Below, one piece after another: positions 1 through 6,445 of a stretch of 25,539 nucleotides of DNA. Numbering within the stretch: position 1 is the stretch's first letter; each line of letters begins with the position of its first letter. The notes beneath the pieces are model-generated. The model had not been told where the DNA came from. It saw nothing but the letters and a program-made list of their open reading frames with translations, and did not search any database. The position numbers and the translations under genes are program-made. Where the stretch lies: IMG/VR virus record IMGVR_UViG_3300040801_005248, positions 1 through 25,539 of that record. The stretch is one strand, 5' to 3'. This stretch comes from a virus.

Positions 1-117
1 AAAGCCGTTCGCCAAGCCTTTCCCTCGGCTCGCGTGTTTCGCGCCGCTGGCCCCCTGCCCCATCAGCTTGTAGCGCGCTCCGTATCACTGGTTCATGCCG
101 TGGCCGCTGGCTCTGGC
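1..117. repeat. Terminal direct repeat, identical to 25423-25539
   Basis: Base-by-base comparison of both ends shows 117/117 identity. Confidence 0.97.
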
Positions 118-393
118 CTCATGCTTGGCTTTCCTGTCGCCGCTTGCCCGTCGGCCTGTGCCCCCGGCCCGGCCTGGTCTGGCTCTGGCTCTGGTACGTG
201 GGGTAGCTTGGCTTTGGCCGCTGGCCTGGGTTGCACCGTGCTTGTCTTTTGGCCCGGCCCCGGCCAGCCCCCCGCCCCGCATTGGCCCGGTCTCTGGGTC
301 CGTTGCTCTGCTCACGCTGGGCTGTGGCGTTTCAGCCCTGGTCCTGTCTGCTCTGCGGCCAGCCATCACCCGGCCCAACTGGCCTTGTTTTAG
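1..393 (+). CDS. DprA/SLOG-like Rossmann-fold protein, 3' part (gene starts at 25309 and crosses the junction)
   Basis: Base 1 is codon position 1 of the ORF begun at 25309 (25423-25309=114). The joined 168-aa product reads GVTGSR..VGCARGADKAVR..SGSGTWGSLALAAGLGCTVLVF. That motif order matches DprA/Smf and DUF2493-type SLOG proteins. Stop TAG at 391-393. Confidence 0.5.
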   Translation, partial: KAVRQAFPSARVFRAAGPLPHQLVARSVSLVHAVAAGSGLMLGFPVAACPSACAPGPAWSGSGSGTWGSLALAAGLGCTVLVFWPGPGQPPAPHWPGLWVRCSAHAGLWRFSPGPVCSAASHHPAQLALF

Positions 394-402
394 TCCACCC
401 GG

Positions 403-422
403 CCCAGCGTTTTTTCGCTGGG
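403..422 (+). other. Hairpin CCCAGCG-TTTTTT-CGCTGGG
   Basis: 7-bp perfect stem with a T6 loop, 10 nt after the stop of the junction-spanning gene. No T-run follows it. Confidence 0.5.
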
Positions 423-925
423 CATGGATGGCAAAATTTCGGCCACCAAAAACGGGGCGGCCTCAATTTTGCCTTTTGCCACCCGGCCCCCGGCCTCGTT
501 AACAACCGCATAAGCCAACCCGCCCAGGTTGGCCCCAACCTCTAGCCCGTAACCCGCTTACGGTCTGGCTGTTGTGGCCACAACCCCCGCTTTTTCTGTT
601 TTTCTAGGGGCAGTCAAGCAAAGACAGATAGTGCCGAGTGAACGCCCGGCAGAGCTAAACGCAAGCACGATAAAAATCTGCGTTTGGGTAATCTGCTCGC
701 CTTGTGTGCGTAATACACCCGCCCCGCCTGCCTGCGTTATGGTCGGCCCTGCTTGGCGGCCCAGGCTAAAAGGCCAGCCCGTCCCCGCCAGACGTGAAAC
801 GGATGCACCACCGCCCCCCGGAGTATAGAGTTATTTTAGGCGTGAGCTTTTGTCATGTTCGCCGGGAATAGGGTAGCACGAAGATGAGGATAAGCCGCGC
901 CGTACCCCTGGCCAGGGGAGCAATC

Positions 926-954
926 CATAGCAGGTAAGCCGCTTACCTGCTATG
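926..954 (+). other. 13-bp perfect hairpin preceding the conserved leader of gene 1002
   Basis: CATAGCAGGTAAG-CCG-CTTACCTGCTATG, all 13 pairs Watson-Crick. Confidence 0.6.
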
Positions 955-977
955 CGTTGCTTCATTTTATCCACCCC

Positions 978-991
978 CCACCACGAAAGGA
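978..991 (+). promoter_or_regulatory. Conserved leader/extended SD motif CCACCACGAAAGGA (copy 1)
   Basis: Exact 14-mer, 10 nt upstream of ATG 1002. Confidence 0.6.
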
Positions 992-1001
992 AACCCGCCT
1001 T

Positions 1002-1250
1002 ATGTTAAAAGAACGAAAAAACCAGCCAGACCGCAACACGAAATATACACCAGACACAGTACTAGACTATTTAACCCACTTTCGCACCCACGCCAACGAC
1101 GAAACGTTTACCCGGATATTTGGCGACATGTTCGGTCCGCATCTATGGCAGAAATTCAAAAGCCAAGGCTACGACGCGCATGCGCTATGGTCATCACTAG
1201 ACAACAGCCGCCGCCGCGATTTTATCAACTACATACACCGCACTATCTAA
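1002..1250 (+). CDS. Hypothetical early protein (82 aa)
   Basis: ATG 1002 is in frame within ORF 957-1250 and follows the leader motif. The TTG 957 extension has no RBS. Confidence 0.65.
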   Translation: MLKERKNQPDRNTKYTPDTVLDYLTHFRTHANDETFTRIFGDMFGPHLWQKFKSQGYDAHALWSSLDNSRRRDFINYIHRTI

Positions 1251-1259
1251 CCCCAACAT

Positions 1260-1287
1260 GGGCGGCTTGGCCCACGCCGAGCCGCCC
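1260..1287 (+). other. GC-rich intergenic hairpin (GGGCGGCT/AGCCGCCC)
   Basis: 8-bp stem, 12-nt loop. Near-identical in sequence to the hairpin at 2540-2567. Confidence 0.55.
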
Positions 1288-1296
1288 CCTAACTTC

Positions 1297-1310
1297 CCAC
1301 CACGAAAGGA
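1297..1310 (+). promoter_or_regulatory. Leader motif CCACCACGAAAGGA (copy 2)
   Basis: Exact 14-mer, 5 nt upstream of ATG 1316, preceded by TAACTTC. Confidence 0.6.
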
Positions 1311-1315
1311 ACAGC

Positions 1316-1807
1316 ATGTACTTTGACCACTGTCAGACCGTAGAAGAAATTAAGGCCGAGTACCGCGAACTTGCCTTGAAAAACCATCCCGACGTAGGCG
1401 GAGACACCGCCACCATGCAGGCTATCAACGCCGCCTATGAGAAAGCCTTGCAACGAATGGACGGCCAAACCAGCAACGGCACAGACGGCCACCAGCACAC
1501 TTACCACTACAACGCCGACATAGAAGCCACGGTCATGGCGAAAATCAGCGAATTTTTAGCCGCCAAAATCCCCAACGTGGAATTGTGGCTTATTGGCACT
1601 TGGCTCTGGGCAGACGGAGACACCCGCCCCGCCCGCGCCCAGCTCAAGGCCCTGGGCTTCCGCTGGCACAACAAACGAAAAAAATGGTACTACACCGCCA
1701 CCCCAAACCGCACCCGCTACAATCGGAAAGCTAACCTCGGAGACTTGGCCGACAAATACGGAGCCAGAAATTTTAAGCAGGAGGAAGAACCAGCCCTAAC
1801 CACCTAA
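1316..1807 (+). CDS. J-domain (DnaJ-like) protein, 163 aa
   Basis: EEIKAEYRELALKNHPDVGGD carries the HPD tripeptide in a J-domain helix II/III context. ATG 1316 follows the leader motif. The C-terminus is W/K-rich (WLWADGDT..LKALGFRWHNKRKKWYY). Confidence 0.75.
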   Translation: MYFDHCQTVEEIKAEYRELALKNHPDVGGDTATMQAINAAYEKALQRMDGQTSNGTDGHQHTYHYNADIEATVMAKISEFLAAKIPNVELWLIGTWLWADGDTRPARAQLKALGFRWHNKRKKWYYTATPNRTRYNRKANLGDLADKYGARNFKQEEEPALTT

Positions 1808-1815
1808 ACGCAAAA

Positions 1816-1842
1816 CCGCCCGACCTGGTGCAGGTCGGGCGG
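1816..1842 (+). other. 12-bp perfect hairpin (CCGCCCGACCTG-GTG-CAGGTCGGGCGG)
   Basis: An A4 run lies 5' of it on the plus strand, which becomes U4 3' of it on the minus strand. It therefore looks terminator-like only for antisense transcription. Confidence 0.55.
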
Positions 1843-1852
1843 CCCTAACTTC

Positions 1853-1866
1853 CCACCACGAATGGA
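1853..1866 (+). promoter_or_regulatory. Leader motif variant CCACCACGAATGGA (copy 3)
   Basis: 13/14 match, preceded by TAACTTC as in copy 2. It lies 12 nt upstream of ATG 1879. Confidence 0.5.
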
Positions 1867-1878
1867 GAAGCATCAAAA

Positions 1879-2532
1879 ATGATAACAAAATATAACCGCA
1901 GTGCAAAAAGATACGAAATTTTCGGCGACGACCAAGACACACCGCTTGCCACCTTCCCCCCCGGCCAGGAGGGAAAGCAACAAGCCACCCTCTACAGCAT
2001 TTTAGCCACCGCCCCCGACGTTTACGAAGAAATGACGGCCATTATCCGCAATACCAAGCACAGCCCCGCCGCTACCGCAGTAGAGAATCGCGCGATTAAG
2101 GCCGCTCAGATTTTAATTGACCAAAAACTATTGCCGGCACGGCACTGGACACAGCCGGGAGCAGTCGCCAACGAAATCGCCCGCTGTAAGTCCAGCCACC
2201 ACGGCGGCGACCCAAACGAAATTTGGGAGTACGTCATTGGTCGAAATTTGACCGATGATCTACTCTCTTGCTCTTGCATTGACAATGTAGCCGGCTTTTG
2301 GGTCAAGCGCTACCAGGAGCCACACCCCGAATTTGGCGTCGGAAGCCCCGAATTATGGAACGGCCAGCCCGCTTGTAAACATATCTTGGCCCTCTACATT
2401 GCCGAAGCCTTAGAACAAAAGAGCTACGAACGCGAAGAAGCGATTGCTAAAAAAATCAGCTATTGGGAGCAGACTTACGGCCCCCGGAAGCTGACTGACG
2501 AAGAATTAGACCAAATCACCATTGACCTTTAA
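1879..2532 (+). CDS. SWIM-type zinc-finger protein, 217 aa
   Basis: CSCIDNVAGFW...(x)...PACKHILALY fits the CxCxnCxH SWIM signature. Confidence 0.65.
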   Translation: MITKYNRSAKRYEIFGDDQDTPLATFPPGQEGKQQATLYSILATAPDVYEEMTAIIRNTKHSPAATAVENRAIKAAQILIDQKLLPARHWTQPGAVANEIARCKSSHHGGDPNEIWEYVIGRNLTDDLLSCSCIDNVAGFWVKRYQEPHPEFGVGSPELWNGQPACKHILALYIAEALEQKSYEREEAIAKKISYWEQTYGPRKLTDEELDQITIDL

Positions 2533-2539
2533 CCCCGCC

Positions 2540-2567
2540 GGGCGGCCTGGCCCAGGCTGAGCCGCCC
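2540..2567 (+). other. GC-rich intergenic hairpin, paralogous to 1260-1287
   Basis: GGGCGGC..GCCGCCC stem. The sequence gggcggcctggcccaggctgagccgccc differs from 1260-1287 at 3 positions. Confidence 0.55.
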
Positions 2568-2587
2568 CCCTTCAGGAGAATTTTCTT

Positions 2588-2836
2588 ATGGAATACCCCG
2601 CCCTTGTTCAATTGGCTTCAATTGCTATGGATGACATCCAACGCGACCACGCCGAAGCCAGAACCACCGCCACCGTGACCCAGGCCGAAGCCGCCGAGCT
2701 ATTGGCCGCCCTCCCGTCGGCCCTGATCTACCCCGACCCCGACACCCCCGGCCAACAAATCGTAAGCATTGATAGCCTTGAGCTGGTCATGTTCTGCGCC
2801 AGTCACGGTATTAATATTTTTATGGAGATGAGATAA
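2588..2836 (+). CDS. Hypothetical early protein (82 aa)
   Basis: AGGAGA lies 8 nt upstream of the ATG. TAATG overlap with the next gene. Confidence 0.65.
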   Translation: MEYPALVQLASIAMDDIQRDHAEARTTATVTQAEAAELLAALPSALIYPDPDTPGQQIVSIDSLELVMFCASHGINIFMEMR

Positions 2837-3162
2837 TGGCCCGCCACGTAGACGACACATGGGGCGAACACATCGCCCTGTTAGACTGTCCAGAATGCGA
2901 TTATTACGGAGACATCTACTATACAACCAAACGGCCTAGCTACTGCTCAGACGCTTGTAAACAAAAGGCTTACCGCCGCCGCAAAGCGATAAAAAAGACC
3001 CGCCAATACCTCAAACGCTTACCCAACTGGCTACCCGTCCCCCTCAAACAAAGAATAGTTGGCTTTGGTGGCGAGTATGGTTCAGTAGCCGCCCAGGAAC
3101 TAACCGAAATTATAGCCGAAGTCGCCCGCTTGACGGCCAGACCCGACCAACTTAATTCATAA
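2836..3162 (+). CDS. Zinc-ribbon protein (108 aa)
   Basis: CPECDYYG...YCSDACKQKAYRRRK forms a CxxC...CxxxC module with a basic tail. Translationally coupled start (TAATG). Confidence 0.6.
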   Translation: MARHVDDTWGEHIALLDCPECDYYGDIYYTTKRPSYCSDACKQKAYRRRKAIKKTRQYLKRLPNWLPVPLKQRIVGFGGEYGSVAAQELTEIIAEVARLTARPDQLNS

Positions 3163-3170
3163 CCCCCCAC

Positions 3171-3184
3171 CCGTTACGAAAGGA
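3171..3184 (+). promoter_or_regulatory. Leader motif variant (CCGTTACGAAAGGA, copy 4)
   Basis: Shares ACGAAAGGA and an upstream C-rich tract. It lies 6 nt upstream of ATG 3191. Confidence 0.45.
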
Positions 3185-3190
3185 AAAGCA

Positions 3191-3733
3191 ATGTCTACCT
3201 ATCAAGAGCAAGTTTTAGCCCAACTCAAAGCCCAAACCGCTTTACTTGAACACATAGCCCTGCTCCTAGAGAAGCAAACCCAGGAATGGCAATACACCCC
3301 CGAAGGTCTACCAATTTGCCCCAAGCACGGCATAGTGATGAGTAAAAGAGAAAAACAAGGCGACACCTGGCACAGCCACCAGACCAGCACCGGAAATTAC
3401 TGTCGTGGCTACCGCACCGGATGGCCCGGAGACGGTTTCGACGACGACGACGACGACCAAACCCCGCCAGCCGCGCCCACGCCTACGCCCCAGCCCACGC
3501 CGCCCACGCCATCAGCCCCAATGCCGCAAGCCCAGGCCATCCCCCCGGCTCAGGCCGACCAGAAAGCCGAGCCGATTCCCGCTGGCAAAGCCCGCTTGAC
3601 ATTTTATGAAATCGGGCAGAGCCTTATCGGGGCAGGTAAAATGAAATTTGATGAGCTGAACGACTATGTAAGCATCGCCAGCCGGGAAGGTTGGCAGACT
3701 GGCTTGGAGCGATTGCAAGCGGATTTTGCTTGA
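3191..3733 (+). CDS. Hypothetical protein with Cys/His module, D6 acidic run and Pro-rich linker (180 aa)
   Basis: CPKHG..WHSH..YCRGY, then DDDDDD, then PPAAPTPTPQPTPPTP, then a helical C-terminal domain. Confidence 0.65.
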   Translation: MSTYQEQVLAQLKAQTALLEHIALLLEKQTQEWQYTPEGLPICPKHGIVMSKREKQGDTWHSHQTSTGNYCRGYRTGWPGDGFDDDDDDQTPPAAPTPTPQPTPPTPSAPMPQAQAIPPAQADQKAEPIPAGKARLTFYEIGQSLIGAGKMKFDELNDYVSIASREGWQTGLERLQADFA

Positions 3734-3782
3734 TACCCGTACTTGTGGTAAAAAAATTGTCATGCATATTAAAAGCTAAACG

Positions 3783-3816
3783 AAAAGCCCGCCGATACCC
3801 CGGCGGGCTTTTTTTT
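3783..3816. terminator. Bidirectional intrinsic terminator between the convergent early operons
   Basis: AAAAGCCCGCCG-ATACCC-CGGCGGGCTTTT followed by T8 on the plus strand. The A-run on the other side serves the minus strand more weakly. Confidence 0.8.
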
Positions 3817-4003
3817 GCGCTTCATTCTGACTACCCAGGCCCGACCGTGGCCGCCAACAACACGGCCACCGCTTCGCTCAAACCGTCTGCCTGCGCCCAC
3901 CGCTACCCGCCCCCGGCGTCCTCTTGCGCCCGGCCCAGCGCCGCCCCCGGTCTTGGCTCAGGGCCAGCCGTTTCGCTCAGCAAAAGGTCTAAAAGGCGAT
4001 TCG

Positions 4004-4339
4004 CTACCGCCTGACAGTCATCTCTATCCACTTCATGGGATTATCCAGGGACACGGACACATCATCAGCCAAAATGGGACAGCCCATAGCATCCAAGTTT
4101 TCATTCACAAAGCCCTCAGTATACCCAAACTTAACGGACAGATGCGCCGCCAACGCCTGGCGCTGGTCAGTGGTCAACAAATCAATATCCAACTCATAAA
4201 TCAGCTTAACCTCATTGCCTGGCAAGTTAGCCTCGCGTGGAAACGGCGAGCGCAGATGAACCGTATCGGTGCCGAACACCTCTCTCCACGTCTGTGCCCG
4301 CTCACTGTCGCCTGATATTCTCGCTTTGAAATCTCTCAT
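4004..4339 (-). CDS. Hypothetical protein (111 aa)
   Basis: TAATG overlap with the upstream gene. Last gene of the leftward early operon. Confidence 0.6.
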   Translation of the reverse strand: MRDFKARISGDSERAQTWREVFGTDTVHLRSPFPREANLPGNEVKLIYELDIDLLTTDQRQALAAHLSVKFGYTEGFVNENLDAMGCPILADDVSVSLDNPMKWIEMTVRR

Positions 4340-4686
4340 TAGAACAACCGTCCTTGCTTGGCCTCAATCCACTCCAATTCAATAGTATGGTGACTGGACA
4401 CATTACCATTGACAATGTCCACCACGCCCCCCCTTCCCTTAGCATAATCGGGAACAGCAAACGCCTCTCGCACAATCCGCACCTCAGCCGGACTTGGGCC
4501 GACCATGCCTTTCCTGCTGAGGACAAGCCGCCATTTACGCACCGGCCCAGGATAGGCCGACAGGCTCAAGCCCAGGCCCCGGCTTAATTTACGTTGAACG
4601 ACCCGCACCAGGTCATCATTAACCGCCAGCCCCTCCACACAAACGTTAATCATTTCACCCGCTATCTGTTTTAAATTCTCGGCCAT
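4339..4686 (-). CDS. Hypothetical protein (115 aa)
   Basis: GAGGA lies ~9 nt upstream of ATG 4686. An alternative ATG at 4653 cannot be excluded. Confidence 0.6.
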   Translation of the reverse strand: MAENLKQIAGEMINVCVEGLAVNDDLVRVVQRKLSRGLGLSLSAYPGPVRKWRLVLSRKGMVGPSPAEVRIVREAFAVPDYAKGRGGVVDIVNGNVSSHHTIELEWIEAKQGRLF

Positions 4687-4861
4687 CAGTCCTATCCTCT
4701 ATCACGATATCCAAATACTGTAAAATCTGTGTGCGGTCGTACTTGCTCGGCCTGGGCCTGCTGACATTCTGCGCCGCCGCCCACAATTTGAGCAGAGCCA
4801 CCAGCGAGGCCACGGCCCCCGGAGGCCCAACCAATCTAACCTTCACAATCTGGCTGCTCAT
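4655..4861 (-). CDS. Hypothetical protein (68 aa)
   Basis: ATG 4861 forms an ATGA overlap with the stop of the upstream gene (4858-4860). Confidence 0.5.
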   Translation of the reverse strand: MSSQIVKVRLVGPPGAVASLVALLKLWAAAQNVSRPRPSKYDRTQILQYLDIVIEDRTDGREFKTDSG

Positions 4862-5136
4862 CTCGGGATCCATTCCTGCCGGTTTGCGTTCCAGCGATAC
4901 ATACGCCGCTCCAGGTAATCATAGAGCTTGTCTGCGTCCATTCTTTCGCCCTTGAGCGTGGCATTGACAACAATCTCAAAGTACATTCCCTCTTTTTCGG
5001 CCTGAATTTTGGCATAGCGCACAATGGCCGCCCGCCGCTTCTGCGTCAAGGCGGGCCGACGCACAACCACGCCCGACGGATTGACCACAATCGTTTTAGG
5101 GCTTCTCGTTGCTAATTTCGTGGTGGATTTACTCAT
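4858..5136 (-). CDS. Hypothetical basic protein (92 aa)
   Basis: ATGA overlap with the exonuclease gene stop (5133-5136). Confidence 0.6.
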   Translation of the reverse strand: MSKSTTKLATRSPKTIVVNPSGVVVRRPALTQKRRAAIVRYAKIQAEKEGMYFEIVVNATLKGERMDADKLYDYLERRMYRWNANRQEWIPR

Positions 5137-5723
5137 TCTGTACCGTCCATCCCCCGCCCCGCCATATGCGCCACCACGCCCCGGCAGAGCCAGGCATCAG
5201 CCGCCGCCCGGTGAGGCTTCATTTCTGGCGGCAATTCTACCCCGCATTGCCGCGCCGCCGTGGTTAATTTGACCCAGCGATTGCTACCGCGATAGCTGTT
5301 CCAATCGCCCCAAAAATCAGCGTAGGCCAGCATCGCGCAGGCCCAATCCGCCACACCCCGCCCATCGTCAGCTATACCCCAGGCCCGGGCCGACTGCGCC
5401 AGCAGTCGAATATCAAAACCCAAGTTGTAGACAATGATCAGCCGCCCGGTCAGTAAATCTTGTAGCTCATCATAAATATCGGCAAAAGTCGGCGCATTAG
5501 CCACCGCCTCATTGGTAATACCGTGGACACGCTGGGCTTCCCAATTGATGTGAATCGAAGGCTTAATCAGCGTATCGAGAAGCGACTTGCCCCCGGCATC
5601 CAGTACCGCTATCTCTACAATTTCATCTGTGGAATGCAAGCCCGTCGTTTCCGTATCGAGGAAAAGCGGGTCACTGTCCAGCCAGTACATTGCATCAATA
5701 ATTACCTGTTGTCTATCGTTCAT
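5133..5723 (-). CDS. DnaQ/epsilon-like DEDDh 3'-5' exonuclease (196 aa)
   Basis: Exo I FLDTETTGL, Exo II VYNLGFDIRLL, Exo III HRAAADAW. GGAGAA lies 9 nt upstream of the ATG. Confidence 0.8.
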   Translation of the reverse strand: MNDRQQVIIDAMYWLDSDPLFLDTETTGLHSTDEIVEIAVLDAGGKSLLDTLIKPSIHINWEAQRVHGITNEAVANAPTFADIYDELQDLLTGRLIIVYNLGFDIRLLAQSARAWGIADDGRGVADWACAMLAYADFWGDWNSYRGSNRWVKLTTAARQCGVELPPEMKPHRAAADAWLCRGVVAHMAGRGMDGTE

Positions 5724-5740
5724 TGTGTGTTTTCTCCATA

Positions 5741-5843
5741 GTAGTAATGTTCAGTAGTAGGGGGGTGGTCAGTAATCAGATGTCAGTAATCAGATGTCAG
5801 TAATCAGACTACCGACTACTGACTACCGACTACTGACCGCCCC
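5741..5843 (-). repeat. Heptanucleotide tandem-repeat spacer forming a long imperfect hairpin (R1)
   Basis: The left arm (plus strand) is a GTCAGTAATCAGAT 14-mer (two heptamers), about three copies. The right arm is about 2.5 copies of CTACCGACTACTGA. The arms pair over 5762-5843 with 2x2 internal loops every 14 nt. Confidence 0.85.
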
Positions 5844-5911
5844 TTTTTCGACCAGGGCGACGCCCCAAAAATCGCGCCCAGGACGTGCGTATGCGTGCGT
5901 GCGCACGGTTT

Positions 5912-6445
5912 TTACAAGCCTTCGGCCTGAAATTCCATCTCTAAATCGTAGCAGGCCTGGCATAAATCCAGGGTACCCCAATCGGCCTCTCCCCACTGCG
6001 GTTTGAAGCGATGCACCGCCTCCGCCCCACAATCGCACCAGAGCCGGGGCTTTTTGGGTAGATTGTTTTGCCGCCTATACCAGCAGGCAGAACAAACCCG
6101 GTTGGAATGGGTGATTTTGCGGATACCGTTGAACCCAGGCGGCATAGGCCGCCCGCAGTCAAAACACTTGCGATTGTCCCGACTAACGAAACACTTGGGC
6201 CGCTTCCGCCCGTGGTTGCGCCGGTATTGATAGCAGCTCTGGCACAGCCCCCGCCCCCCGTGCTTAACTCGACCGCCAAAAGCGACGTGGCAATCAAGGC
6301 AGAACTCACCCGCGCTGACATTGAGACCGGCCCGAGGTCGCCGCCGGCCAGTGCGCCACCTGTAGGCATAGCACGCAATGCACTCGCTCCGCGAGTTCAT
6401 TGTGATTTGTGTTTCATCCCGCCCACAATTCCGACATCGTTTCAT
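5912..6445 (-). CDS. Four-fold tandem zinc-ribbon repeat protein (177 aa)
   Basis: Four CxxC-(13-19)-CxxC[YW] modules. The first three are followed by a basic Y.R...G..RP-type tail (CIACYAYRWRTGRRRP, CQSCYQYRRNHGRKRP, CSACWYRRQNNLPKKP). Confidence 0.7.
   Translation of the reverse strand: MKRCRNCGRDETQITMNSRSECIACYAYRWRTGRRRPRAGLNVSAGEFCLDCHVAFGGRVKHGGRGLCQSCYQYRRNHGRKRPKCFVSRDNRKCFDCGRPMPPGFNGIRKITHSNRVCSACWYRRQNNLPKKPRLWCDCGAEAVHRFKPQWGEADWGTLDLCQACYDLEMEFQAEGL

Noticed and set aside
85-545. Overlapping ORFs 85-378 (-), 95-502 (+), 231-545 (+) and 332-538 (-)
   Set aside because: They are shadow frames of the GC-rich junction-spanning gene (1-393) and its 3' flank. Their products are R/P/G/A/W-rich, with no RBS and no motif. 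Only the frame continuous with ATG 25309 gives a coherent protein.
574-828. 84-aa ORF in the 394-1001 gap
   Set aside because: It has a GTG start without an SD. Its composition is dominated by P/A/R/V, as expected from random GC-rich frames. It runs across several palindromes. I treat it as non-coding pending comparative data.
1145-1315. N-terminal extensions of tracked ORFs (1145-1315, 957-1001, 11559-11597, 11701-11841, 17017-17070, 24770-25057)
   Set aside because: Each extension overlaps the upstream gene, a hairpin or repeat DNA and lacks an RBS. An internal ATG preceded by a GAAAGGA/AAGGAG-type SD gives the better start.
1816-1842. Early-operon intergenic hairpins as plus-strand intrinsic terminators
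   Set aside because: None of 926-954, 1260-1287, 1816-1842 or 2540-2567 is followed by a T-run on the plus strand, and genes continue immediately with coupled leaders. They are more likely processing, stability or attenuation structures. Only 1816-1842 looks terminator-like, and only for antisense transcripts.
3815-4315. 166-aa plus-strand ORF across 3815-4315
   Set aside because: It is antisense to the well-supported minus-strand gene 4004-4339, starts inside the terminator T-run and is Pro/Ala/Arg-rich. It is a shadow ORF.
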